A stretch of DNA of 64,000 nt, from the NCBI GenBank assembly GCA_951406725.2, contig OX597816.1:71982001-72046000 (forward strand), in the 5' to 3' direction. Below the pieces are notes generated by a model. It made no database searches. It had not been told where the DNA came from and saw nothing but the letters and a program-made list of their open reading frames with translations. Within the stretch, counting starts at the first letter, position 1, and each line of letters opens with the position of its first letter. The DNA is from Octopus vulgaris. Lineage: Eukaryota. Shown in pieces: positions 26,899 to 39,847 of this stretch. The translations under genes were made by a program, and so were the position numbers.

Positions 26899-27062
26899 AG
26901 ATGCAGGAACTCCAAAAATCTATCCAGCCAACCAACTACTCTGGAACACAAATCAATATGTTTGGAGTGCCTCCCAATCTATCCAGAAATTTCCATGAAT
27001 GTTTTAATCAATTCCAACCCAAACCCACACAATATGGATTTATCACCGAACAAATGATACGA
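26899..27062 (+). CDS. Coding exon 5: (E)MQELQKSIQPTNYSGTQINMFGVPPNLSRNFHECFNQFQPKPTQYGFITEQMIR
   Basis: ttttatttgcag acceptor, cga|gtaagc donor, phase 1 to 0. Confidence 0.8.
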
Positions 27063-27390
27063 GTAAGCCAGACATCAATTTACAGTCAAAATTAGTTTTG
27101 CAGTTATTGGTTATTTTGCTTTTTTGTGTATTTTGTATTTCTTTTTCTTAGATCCCATAATACTTCTTTCAATCATTGGACTACAGCCATGCTGGGGCAC
27201 TGCCTTAAAGGGTCTTTTAGTTGAACAAATTGACCCCATTACTGGTTTAAGTATGGTACTTATTCTATCGGTCTCTATTGCTGAGCTGTTTATTTACAGA
27301 GATGTAAACAAAGCAACACTACTTGTCTGTCTGTCTATCTGTATCTGTGTACCTATCTATGTATCTCTCTATCTATCTGTAACTATCTAC

Positions 27391-27455
<65 letters not shown>

Positions 27456-28497
27456 CATGTGTAAAAGATTCGAGCAAGGTCGTTGCCAGTGCTGCCTGAC
27501 TGGCCCCGTGCCGGTGGTACGTAAAAGCACCCACTACACTCTCGGAGTAGTTGGGATTAGGAAGGGCATCCAGCTGTAGAAACTCTGCCAGATGAAGATT
27601 GAAGCCTGGTGCAGCCATCTGGTTCGCCAGCCCTCAGTCATATGTCCAACCCATGCGAGCATGGAAAGCGGACGTTAAACGATGATGATGATGATATATG
27701 TAGTTTGTAGAAATACATAAATCCAGAGGAGGAGCACACTCTAAGATGAAGAGAATCAAATATTATAATGGGGGGGACTAGTTTATGGAGTTACCATGGG
27801 TTTTTCGCTCATAAGGGATTTAACCTCACAGCATATCTTCAGATCCCAAACACTGCTGGCCTAAGACCTCTTCAAAAATTTCCCCCTCCATGTTTTGAAG
27901 AGGTCTCAGGCCAGCAGTGTTTGGGGTCTGAAGATATGCCATAAGGCTAAACCCTTATGAGTGAAAAACCCAGGGTAACCCCATAAACCAACCTCCAACA
28001 TTATAATATATATATATATCATCATCATCGTTTAACATCCGCTTTCCATGCTAGCATGGGTTGGCCGGTTCGACTGGGGTCTGGGATGCCAGGAGGCTGT
28101 ACCAGGCCCAGTCTGATCTGGCAGTGTTTCTACAGCTGGATGCCCTTCCTAACGCCAACCACTCCGTGAGTGTAGTGGGTGCTTTTTACGTGTCACTGGC
28201 ACAGAGGCCAGTCGAGGCGGCGCTGGCAACAGCCACGTTTGGTTGGTTCTTATATATGCCACCGGCATCACAACTACAAGTTCCATTGATTTCGCAAAGT
28301 GTTCGCAAGCAGAGTTTTGTGTCCCAAGAAGGAAAGGTATGCATAAGTGGACTGGCTACAACCCAGGTAGAGGCCATGGGTTATGGTCTCACTAGTCATT
28401 GCCTCGGTAAGACCTAATGTTCGAAGGTCGTATATTTATATGTATATATAATCTGTCACACACAATATATGAGAATTACTATATATTTACCTTTCAG

Positions 28498-28690
28498 GGT
28501 CTAAATGATAATAACAGGGCTGTAACTATTGGTGAAATAAGGAACATCATTGAAGAAAATCAACAGAAACAGAATCCTGAAGTTAGGCAGTCTGTTCCTT
28601 TAGCTTTACCTGAAGCTCCTGTCAAGACGAAGGTTGTTGAACGCCTTACATATCGGGATCCACCATTACAAGATGTCAGTGTAGGTCAAG
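28498..28690 (+). CDS. Coding exon 6: GLNDNNRAVTIGEIRNIIEENQQKQNPEVRQSVPLALPEAPVKTKVVERLTYRDPPLQDVSVGQ(G); ends at a GC donor
   Basis: ctttcag acceptor; AAG|GCAAGT donor gives the phase 1 required by exon 7. Confidence 0.82.
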
Positions 28691-28759
28691 GCAAGTATTG
28701 TTTCCTAATCTAATCCTATCATAAAATGATTCTCCAGAAGGGTTAATTCCATAATATAA

Positions 28760-28866
28760 TTATCCTCCAGATGTCCTTTCATCATATGATACTCCAGATG
28801 TGTTAATCCTTTTATAACATGATCCTCCAGATGTGTTAATCCTCTTATAACATGATCCTCCAGATG
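28760..28866. repeat. ~33-bp tandem repeat (tcctccagatgtgttaatcctcttataacatga), ~3 copies
   Basis: Directly visible repeat. Confidence 0.8.
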
Positions 28867-29008
28867 AATAAACAGCCTTCATTGCCTGTTTCTCGAAAAG
28901 CCTTACTTTCTTCCTTAGATGATCCTGCAGATAAGTTGATCTCATATTATGACCCTCTAGAAGTGTTAATCCTTTAATCTTGTACACTAAATTCATCACT
29001 GCACCCAT

Positions 29009-29129
29009 GGCCAACTCTTACCTTACTAACAGCACCCCTCTACATGGCCTGTACTGCTTTCACAAGCCATTCGTCTATCCCTAGCTTCCTCAGAGACCAC
29101 CATATCACAGATTGAGGTACTCTGTCGAA
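29009..29129 (-). mobile_element. RTE-clade LINE reverse transcriptase fragment
   Basis: Minus strand: FDRVPQSVIWWSLRKLGIDEWLVKAVQAM*RGAVSKVRVG. Confidence 0.85.
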
Positions 29130-30225
29130 TTACAGTTGCTCCAGTCCACTCAGCCAGCAAAATTCAGTTGTAGTTCTATTTCAAAGGGCCAGCCGTATCA
29201 CATTGAGCCATGCTGAATTTCACAAAAACCTACATTAAGGGTAAGCGTGTTTGTGAAGTGCTAGCCACTTGCACATTAATTTCACAAGCGTGTTCTTCCA
29301 TTAACTGAATCATCATCATAACCAATGGAGTGCCAGTATAACAATATGGTGGTTTCGTTTTTGGATTTGGTTTGCAAGATTCTTTATATGAGCTCGTGTG
29401 TTGAAGCATATTCTGTTGTGTTGAGGGAGAGTCATTTTCTTTTTGTGCCTTATTATGTAACACACTCACCGGTAAAATTTCCACTTTTTTCTTATTTTTA
29501 TTGTCCTAAAATTTTCGTTGCGTCTTGCAACCTTTTCAATAGTTTTGACTCTTTGGAGTGAAAACTATTGAAAAGGTTGCAAGACGCAACAAAAATTTTA
29601 GGAAATAAGAAAAAAGTGGAAATTTTACCAGTGAGTGTGTTACATTATAAGGCACAAAAAGAAAATGACTCTCCCCAGACACAACAGAATATGGTGGTGG
29701 TTGACTTTCTTTTGTGCTCTTTTTAAGATGCAGTCTTTCCCTCTTGGACTCTTACAATGACACACACACACACACACACACACCCCACTGTGGCAAGATC
29801 AAGACTCCACCTTCCAGATACTGACAATACTTCAGTGAAGAACACAACTGTACTAATGGCTGGAGTATTGTGACTACTGCCTATAGAACTCATTTCATGT
29901 GCTCTAAGGAGTGAGAAAACTAAGTGACCAGTGGCATTTTATTGTTGCAGATGTGCATGATACCCTATCAACCACAACAAAAGGTCTGCCATCTTTTGTT
30001 AGTTCCAAGAGGTTTAAGTCTTGACTTGCACAGGAAAAAATATTTTTAAAGGCACAAAAATACCAAAACCTCAAATTCAGTAGTAACAAGTGTTTCTATG
30101 ACATGCATGCCAATTTGAAATGTTTGAAGTTATTAAACTAATGACAAGTATAAAAATAATAGGATAACCAGAGACAACAAACACTACAGGTGCTGGAATA
30201 ATCCTTCTCTAATATCTATTTATAG

Positions 30226-30329
30226 GGAACCTCAACGAACAGATTCTACACATTTACAGTCATTTGTTGAAATATTCTAAACTTGATGGAGACTTTCGCT
30301 CTAAAGTCTCACATCCATGTTTTGGTAAA
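30226..30329 (+). CDS. Coding exon 7: (G)NLNEQILHIYSHLLKYSKLDGDFRSKVSHPCFGK; DZANK1 pre-ankyrin conserved block
   Basis: tttatag acceptor, aaa|gtaagt donor. Aligns by eye with recalled DZANK1 [39 protein letters not shown]. Confidence 0.87.
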
Positions 30330-30567
30330 GTAAGTTGTTGTTTTTATATTCATGTTTACTATCTCTTTTTAGTATTGCTGTTGAGTTTGTTGTAACCCTT
30401 GTGGCTGTGTGGTAAGTTGCTTGCTTACGAGCCACATGGTTCCGGGTTCAGTCCCACTGCATGGCACCTTGGGCAAGTGCCTTCTACTATAGCCTCGGGC
30501 CAACCAAAGCCTTGTGAGTGGATTTGGTAGACGGAAACTGAAAGAAGCCTGTCATATATATATATAA

Positions 30568-30621
<54 letters not shown>

Positions 30622-30914
30622 CTCTGTTTGTCCCCCCAACATTGCTTGACAACCAATGCTGATGTGTTTACGTCCCCGTAACTTAGCGGTTCGGTAAAAG
30701 GAGCCCTGATAGAATAAGTACTAAGCTTACAAAGAATAAGTCCTGGGGTCGATTTGCTTGACTAAAGGCGGTGCTCCAGCATGGCCACAGTCAAATGACT
30801 GAAACTAGTAAAAGAGTAAAGAGAGTATCCTGGTAAAAGTCAGTCTCAATCCTTTAAGTCTTTTACAGAACAGAAATGAATGACAGAAGAATGTATAAGA
30901 GTTTTTTGTTCCCT

Positions 30915-31409
30915 TACATTGGAAATCCGCTGGCCCAATGGTTTCCCTTCATGGCAGAATAAATAGTCAAGCTTATTTAAGCATTTTATCTGATCAATTT
31001 CTTCCTATGGTTGCAGAACTGTTTCTGGGGGGAAATGCAATCTTTCAGAATGATAATGCACCAATTCACACAGCTAAAGTTGTTACTGAATGGTATGAGG
31101 AACATTCTAGTGAAGTTGAACATGTTATCTGGCCACCACAGTCCCCAGATCTCAATATTATCGAACATTTATGGTGCATTTTAGAAAAACAAGTGAGGAT
31201 TCGATATCCTCCACTATCATCACTACAAGAACTGGAGACTGTTTTAGCTGAAGAGTGGACAAAAATTCCTTTGGAAACAATTCAAACTTTGTACAAGTCC
31301 ATACCTTGTAGAATTCAAGCTGTAATTACAGCCAAAGGCAGTCCTACCCCATATTAAAATAAATTTGTTTGAAGTTTTAAGGTGTATCCATTATTTTGCC
31401 CAACCACTG
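30915..31409 (+). mobile_element. Tc1-like transposon 3' half (transposase C-terminus with D36E spacing, right TIR)
   Basis: ORF 30938-31357: FQNDNAPIH...WPPQSPDLNIIEHLW...SIPCRIQAVITAKGSPTPY; TIR end ..ccaaccactg|TA. Confidence 0.9.
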
Positions 31410-31608
31410 TATATGCATATGTATATATTTGTGTGTCTGTTTGTTCCCCCACCATCACTTGACAACCAATGTTGGTGTGTATACGTACCTGTAACTTAGC
31501 GGTTCAGCGAAACAGAATGATAGAATAAGTACTAGGCTTACAAAGAATAAGTCCTGGGGTCAATTAGTTTGACTAAAGGCAGTGCTCCAGTATTGCCACA
31601 GTCAAATG

Positions 31609-31655
<47 letters not shown>

Positions 31656-33415
31656 ATACGATATAGTGTATATTTACACATAAGGAATCCACTTATAGTA
31701 ATTCAACACATTAGAAAGAACAGCTAGGTTCTATAACCACAAAAATTAGGGATAAAATTTCGACAGGAACGAATTGAAAAATGAAAAACATTAGATGGTA
31801 AAATATTTTTCATTTTTCAATTCCTTCCTGTCGAATATTTTATCCCTAATTTTTATGGTTATAGAACCTAGCTGTTCTTTCTAACGTGTTGAATTACTAT
31901 AAGTGGATTCCTTATGTGTTAATATCGTATGACTATATACATATATACATACATATAAATATAGGACTATTACAATGAACATGGAGGTGAGTAAATCCGC
32001 ATATTTTTTATTTCTACAATCACTTATACAGCATATTTGCTTTAAATGTGTCTGACACATGTTTCTGCTGCCTAGACATTACACAATTACATTTGAACCC
32101 AGTTACTTTCAAATGGTTATTAATCTATGCAATTTTGTTCATATTTATTCATACTGTTACTGTTTTGCTGCTCTTGAATAAAGCAAGAGATAAAACATAG
32201 TTTTAGCATTTCCTTGTAAGTTACACCCCATTTTTTTCGGTTAAAATCAAGAATTAAAAAGTGATACCTTGCAGTATAAGTTTAATTCATTCCATGACCA
32301 GGTTCATCTTATGATTTACTCGTTTTACAAATCAATTTTCCCCATTGAAATTAACTAAAATATAATTAATCCATTCAAGCCTCCAAAAAACACTCAAAAA
32401 TAATTTTTTATGGGTTTTAAAACAGCAAAGGTAGAGTTACAAGTAAAATGACAATTATAAAAAAGAGAGTGCAAAAGAAATATGTAAACTGGTTTTTATT
32501 AACAGAATCACTTTAAAGATGGAACAATTTATGTGCTTGTTCTGTGGATTTCTGCTCATACTTCAAGACAAAAATTTGCATGAGTCTCGGCTTGTACAGC
32601 AAATTACTCGTACAATGGAGCACTTGTATTGCGAAGTTCTACTGTACACAAGTTCAGTAGTTATTGAGGAATCTCAGTGAAAAATGGTTCTTTTGAATGA
32701 ATTGAAATGTACCCTCTATATCATCATCATCATCTTTTAACGTCTGCTTTCCATGCTGGCATGGGTTGGACGGTTTAACTGATGACTGGCAAACCCAGAG
32801 GCTGCACCAGCCTCCATTCTGATCTGGCAAAGTTTCTACAGCTGGATGCCCTTCCTAACACCAACCACTCTGAGAGTGTAGTGGGTGCTTTTTGCGTGCC
32901 ACTGGCACGAGGGCCAATCAGGCAGTACTGGCATCGACCATGCTTGAATGGTGCTTTTTACGTGCCCCCAGCATGGGACCAGTCAGCCAGCACTGGCATC
33001 AACCATGCTTGAATGATGCTTTTTACGTGCCACCGGTGCAGGAGCCAGTCAGGCGGCACTGGCAACGACCTTGCTCTATAATACATGTATATAATTTTTG
33101 AATACACATAGACACATAATGACAACAAGAAATGAATGTTAATCCGAGATATTTCTTTCAAAATATTCAAATAAAAATGACAAATCAGAAATTTAAGTTC
33201 AAACATGCTAATTTGTCCCAAGGTTTTTGTTAGTGGTTGGCGTTAGGAAGGGCATCCAGCTGTAGAAACTCTGCCAGATCAAGATTGAAGCCTGGTGCAG
33301 CCATCTGGTTTGCCAGCCCTCAGTCATTCATCCAACCCATGCTAGCATGGAAAGCGGACGTTAAACGATGATGATGATTCTGCTTGAATTTGAACTCCTA
33401 ACCAATCTCTTCCAG

Positions 33416-33491
33416 GTTTTGACAAGTGACTTTGAAGATGAAGAAGATTGCTACAGAATAACTGTGATAATGGAAAAGCCTGGTGTTCAAC
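33416..33491 (+). CDS. Coding exon 8: VLTSDFEDEEDCYRITVIMEKPGVQ(R)
   Basis: ctcttccag acceptor, aac|gtaaga donor, phase 0 to 1. Matches the position and pattern of recalled DZANK1 LISATVHEDGCEVSIRLNY. Confidence 0.83.
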
Positions 33492-33945
33492 GTAAGATAT
33501 TTGCCATTTTGGTAAACTTTGATGTATGTGTTCATTAATTTTTACAAGGAAAATGTTGATACAGACTTTGAAATTCTGGCTTACCAACAGTCATCAAATT
33601 GTTTGATAACTGGTGGTAAGTTCAAAGTTACTGCCAACCGTTTCTTATTAAAATTAATGAACGTGGTCGTCTACTAAAAAGTCCTGAGTGATCCATCAGT
33701 TTAATGTTAAAATTGATTTTATATACAACTTCATATAAAAACATGCACCTATTAATCCAGGCATGTTTATTTACTTCCTCCATTTCTTTCTCTCTCCATC
33801 TGTTTCCTTTTCTCCCTCCTTTCTGTAGAAGATCTCCAGCTTGAAACGTCAAAGACTCTTCCATCTTTTCCTGAGTGTCAAATTAATACACCTTGTTTGT
33901 TGTTCCCTCACCTGTCCTTGTCTTTTATTTTTTCATGATTTTGAA

Positions 33946-33989
<44 letters not shown>

Positions 33990-36661
33990 ATTATTTGAGG
34001 GAATATTAATCCAAACTTACAGGAAAAAAATTCAATTTAGAAATACTAAATCAAATTTCACACAATATAATATATATAAAAATTAGAAAAAAAAACACCT
34101 TTTATCAATTCAAAATGAACAATTAAATTACACCATCTAGAAAATTACATATAATAGAAATATTAAAATAACAATAAAATATCAATGATTAAGTAAATTG
34201 CAAAAAAAAATAATAAAAACATATATATATATTTTATTAATAAAGCTGCAAAGACATCACAAAAACTGTTACTCAGAGTTTCACATACCTGTTTGTACAA
34301 CGAACGGGAACATGAAACTCTGAGTAACAGTTTTTGTGATGTCTTTGCAGCTTTATTAATAAAGCATATTACTCTACCTCCGGTATTTGGGTACTGTTTT
34401 TTCCCCCCACCTTGTTTCACATTTATGTGCTTATTCTGGTATATATATGTCACAATATATGGATTCAGGTAATCCTGTTGTACTCGTAAAAAAAGGCTCC
34501 TTAATGTATCATTCAACAAAGCATATTGAATATATATGATACATTTATGCAGGCATGTAAGTAATTTATTTATTATTAAATATCATCATCATCATTTAAC
34601 GTCCGCTTTCCATGCTAGCATGGGTTGGACAGTTCGACTGGGGTCTGGGAAGCCAGGAGGCTGCACCAGGCCCAGTCTGATCTGGCAGTGTTTCTACAGC
34701 TGGATGCCCTTCTTAAAGCCAACCACTCCAAGAGTGTAGTGGGTGCTTTTTACATGGCACAGGTGCCAGGCAAGGCTGGCAACAGCCACGATTGGTTGGT
34801 GCTTTTTATGTGCCACTGGCATGGAGCCAATAATAAAATAAATTATGTTTTTAAGTTACAAAACAATTTTAAATGAAACTTCATCAAACTATTTCTGTCA
34901 CTTGTGACTTATATGTGTGTGTGTGTGTGTGTATTTATTGGGACTCCACCAATTTTCTGACTTTTGATGAGGGAGAACTTGAAATTTCTGTGGTTGGCAG
35001 TCTAGTTCACTGTACCTAATATGTATTGTGTGATTTCACTCATTATTTACATTGGTCATGTTAGTGGAGGTATCAAAATTTAGAGAGAGATCCTCTGTTG
35101 GCTCCACCATGTTACCCTTAGCTATGGCTAATACAGGTAAGAGCACTGAGACCATTGGGGCTACTGCTGAACATAAACACCAACCCGTATCAATCCAAGA
35201 TAAGGTGATGAGCTGGCAGAAACATTAACACGCCGGGCGAAATGCGTAGCCATATTTCGTCTGCCGTTATGTTCTGAGTTCAATTTCCGCCGAGGTCAAC
35301 TTTGCCTTTCATCCTTTCGGGGCCGATAAATTATGTACCAGTTACGCACTGGAGTCGATATAATCGACTCAATCCATCTGTCTGTCCTTGTTTGTCTCCT
35401 CTGTGTTTAGGCCTTGTGGGTAGTAAAGAAATAGGTATTTCATCAGCCGTTAAAAAAAAAAAAAAGGCGGCGAGCTGGCAGAAACGTTAGCACGCCGGGC
35501 GAAATGCTTAGCAGTATTTCGTCTGCTGCTACGTTCTGAGTTCAAAATCTGCCGAGGTCGACTTAACCTTTCATCCTTTCGGGGTCGATAAATTAAGTAC
35601 CAGTTACACACTGGGGTCAATGTAATCGACTTAATCTGTTTGTCTTTGTTTGTCCTCTCTGTGTTTAGCCCCTTGTGGGTAGTAAAGAAATACATATCAA
35701 TCCAAGATAAAATAAAATGTTTGTAGAATTATTACATAAGCAAATACTCGAGCAAAACCATTAATCTGAAGGCTTTGGTATCATGGATACTGGAAAATCA
35801 GTGGTGTAGAAATGTGTGTATGTGTTATACTTTTACAAGTTGGGTAACAGTTACTTTGAGGCTTCAGCCTGCTACTCTTCATTGGACTTTGAAGTCATGG
35901 TTAGCTTTGATAATGTTGTTTGCTTGCAGTCCACTGTAAGTGCAAATCTGGGTTTCTTAACATGTTGCATGAACTTTTGTAGACAAGTGGTTCATTTATA
36001 CAGTGTGATTTATGAAGAACTTCTCAAGGTGAATACCACAGAATTCAGTACTCTAATAATACATTTGCATTTAGTTGGATATAAAATTGCCTTCTGATAT
36101 TAACACTGCTTCCATCACTGCTATTTATTTTTTAATAAGCCTGCTGACTATTTGTGACACCAGTAACTGAAAAGCCACTGTTTCTCTATTTATCATTGGC
36201 AGTGATGTTTGACTTGCATGCAGGGCTGGACAGCTGTCACTGAGGAAGTGTAGTATGCTGAAATGACATGATCTGGCAGTTCTGGCATCTGTACCAGACG
36301 GTTCTTGTCTACTATGATATATGCTTGTTTTTACCACTTTGCATCTGTATGAGAGAACCTCTTGAAGTGACTTCTGCAGTATTCACTGCTCTAATAATGC
36401 TTCCATATTTAGTTTGATGTGAAGATTGCTACAGTGTTGATTGTTTCCAGTTCTCTGCATAAAACCTGTCTGGGCTGTTGTTTGATAGACTAGGAGACTA
36501 TTACCTCATTTGGAGACAAGTGAGTTATTAGTGACAGGAAGAGCATCTAGCCATACAAAATAAAACTCTGTTACAGCATACTTTTATCTGATCCATGCAA
36601 GCATGGAAAAGTAGATGCTAAAAATGATGTTGAACTTTTATATTCTATTTTTGCTTCATAG

Positions 36662-37038
36662 GCATTCCCCGTCACAAACTGACCAAATCTAAAAATGGCA
36701 CAAATGAGAAAAAGAAACCGATTTCTGTAACTGCACAACCACAGAAGAAAACTCCCAAGAAAATTCCAAAATCAGATCCATATTTTGAAATGGAAATGGA
36801 AGATATTGAGGTAAGGCCACAAACTAACACCATTGAGAAAATTTCAAATGAGGAAATTCCAAAATCAAATCCTGCTTTTGAAAAGAAAGTTAAGGATATT
36901 GAGGTAAGACCGCAAGTTAAGACCGTTGAGAAAAAGAAACCAGTTGCTGTAACTCCACAGCCGCCAAACAAAGAAACCCCAAAGAAGGAAATTCCAAAAT
37001 CGGACCCTTATTTTGAAATGGAAGTTGAAGATATTGAG
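36662..37038 (+). CDS. Coding exon 9: Lys/Pro/Glu-rich repetitive linker (IPKSDPYFEMExEDIE repeats); alternative ends at 36810, 36903 or 37038
   Basis: ttcatag acceptor, phase 1; open frame; three GAG|GTA donors, all phase 0. Confidence 0.8.
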
Positions 37039-38344
37039 GTAGGATATGACCAAACTTTTACCTTCCATACATCACAGATATGTATTGTCTTTTACACAAA
37101 TAGATGTCTAAAGATTACAGCCTTTAAGGAATGTCTAAAACACAGATAACTGAAATCTAATCAACCACTTGTGTAAGAAACCTCATAAGCACTATTTAAT
37201 CAGATGTCTAAGAAGTACAGCCTCTAACCAATGTCTAAGGAACACAGATCATCATTATCATCACCATCATCATTGTTTAACGTTCACTTTCCATGCTGGC
37301 ATGGATTGGACAGTTTGACTGAGGACTGGTGAGCCAGAAGACTGCACCAGGCTCAATCTGATCTGGCAAAGTTTCTACAGCTGGATGCCCTTCCTAATGC
37401 CAACCACTCCAAGAGTGTAGTGGGTGCTTTTACATGCCACCAACATGAGGGCCAGTCAGGCGATTCTGGCAACGACTACGCTCAAAAGGTGTTTTTATGT
37501 GCTACCTGCACAGGAGCCAGTCCGGCAACACTGGCAATGATCACACTCAAATGTTGCTTTTCACGTGCCACTGACACATATGCCAGTAAAGCAAAGCTGG
37601 CAACAATCACACTCGAATGGTGCTTTTTATGTGCCACTGGCATGGGAGCCAATCCGTGGTCCTGGCAAAAATCACGCTCGGATATGCTTTTAACGTTCCA
37701 CTGGCACAAGTGCCAATCAAGCAGTACTGTCATTGGCCACGTCAGCGATTTGATTTGATTTCATGACTCATCTAATTAAATGTGAGTGTAAGGAGCATCG
37801 ATTTTTAAATATTATATAATGAAATGCCTCATGAGTACAACTTATGATAACAATAAAAATGTCTAACCCTTTAGTATTCACATTACTCTCTCAAATGCAA
37901 TACATTTTTATTCACATTGTTTTGAATTAATAATGCATTATCTTGTAGTTTCATGATTTTCGTGACCTGATTGTTTATTTTTTAGAGTGACATTGTAGAA
38001 TAGGTGTGAGAGCTAGGATCTGGCCAGTTTGAGCATAAAACAGGTAGAATATTTGGGCAGGATATGGCCAGTTTCAGTGCTTAAAGGGTGAAAGTGTGTA
38101 TCCTATTAACGTGCAATGAAACAGATATATAAGGAGTATACCCCATGGCTAATGTTGAAGGAGTACAACCCATGACAGCAATATAATCAGATATCTAAAG
38201 AGTGATAAGAGTGTCATTTGGTTGTAGATTCAGTCCTACGGCATGACAGCTTGGGCAGAGGTTTTCTACTATGGCTGTGTGCAAACCAAAGCCTTGTGAG
38301 TGGATTCTGTAGACAGAAACAGGAAAAACCTCTGTGTGTGTGTA

Positions 38345-38726
38345 TCTCTCTCTATATAAACGGCAGTTTGTCTGTGCGTGTTTCTGTGTGTCTGTTTGCT
38401 TGTACCCTCACCCTGACCACGGCTTTCAACTGATTCTGATGAAACTTGACACACACATAGCCCAATGTCATAATTCAAAACTAACACAGCGAAAATTTTG
38501 AAAAGTTCCCCCAGTTCTGAAAAAAATCGATAAATTCGACATGGGGTCGAGAATCAGAAACACAAACCATAAACTGTCTAGGGGACGCAACTCCACCATT
38601 TTTAACTCTCAAAAAAAAATTTACCATTTTTTTCCATTTTTTTGCTATTTTTTGGCTATAACTCTCTAAAAATGCTTTATAGTTATTTCCCTTACAAACC
38701 TGAGCAACGCCGGGCGATACTGCTAG
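38345..38726 (+). mobile_element. Non-autonomous Helitron
   Basis: A|TC 5' end (tctctctctatataaa); 3' hairpin cctgagcaacgccggg followed by CTAG|T. Confidence 0.8.
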
Positions 38727-38735
38727 TCTATATAT

Positions 38736-38793
<58 letters not shown>

Positions 38794-39566
38794 TTCTTTA
38801 TTGCCCACAAGGGGCTAAACATAGTGGGGACAAACAAGGACAGACAAAGGGATTAAGTCGATTACATCAACCCCAGTGCGAAACTGGTACTTTATTTATC
38901 GACCCCGAAAGGATGAAAGGCAAAGTCGACCTTGGCGGAATTTTAACACAGAACGTAACGACAGACGAAATGCCGCTAAGCATTTCGCCCGACGTGCTAG
39001 ACTATATATATATATATATATATATATAGTCTAACGTTTTTACTAGGTTACCCCTTAATGCTGGTGGCCATGAAAAGCACCCATTACACTCAATAAAGTA
39101 ATTGGTATTAGGAAGGGCATCCAGCTGTGGAAATCATGCCAAAGCAGACGATGAAAGTAAGCCAACACAGGTTGAATGATAATAACGCAAACCTGCATTT
39201 GTGTGTGTGTGTGTGTGTGAGAGACTTGAAACTGCATGGTAGTTGTAAATGAACAACACTGTCATACAAGTGGTGTTTTTTGTTTTTAATCTTCTGTGGA
39301 AACACACCCAGCCTTGAAGAAATATTACCTTTGCTTGGAAACAAGTGAGTGTTGGCAGCAAGAAGAGCATTCAGCCATAGAAAATCTTCCTCAATGTATT
39401 CTTACTGATCCAGAGAAGGATGGAAATAAGGAAATTAAAAGGATACTTTATATATATATATTTAAAAATTTGATTTTATTCGCCTTACTTTGAGCTGTGC
39501 AGATAACAATGGACTGACTTGGTGCTTCAACTTAAGTACCTAATTCAACTGAATCTTAATTATATA

Positions 39567-39847
39567 CTAGCAGTATCGCCCGGCGTTGCTCGGGTTTGTA
39601 AGGGAAATAACTATATAAGCATTTTTAGAGAGTTACTTCCCTTATATAACCCGAGCAAAAATCATTAAAAATGCGGAAAAATGATGGTAAATAGATGCGT
39701 GCTAATACCCAGAAGGGCTCGATATGAATGATGACCATAAGATACCCGCTTTTGGTTAAACTGCACTGCAAAATGTGGGAGTAGTTAGGAATCTAAATCT
39801 GAGGAGACAGAGTCTCACACACACAACTTCAATTTTATATATAAAGA
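39567..39847 (-). mobile_element. Non-autonomous Helitron, same 3' end family, opposite orientation
   Basis: Minus strand A|TCtttatatataaaa ... cccgagcaacgccgggcgatactgCTAG|T. Confidence 0.8.

Noticed and set aside
35720-36470. Possible minus-strand LINE remnant or extra exons
   Set aside because: No clean reading frame or diagnostic motif; exons 8 and 9 already join in phase.
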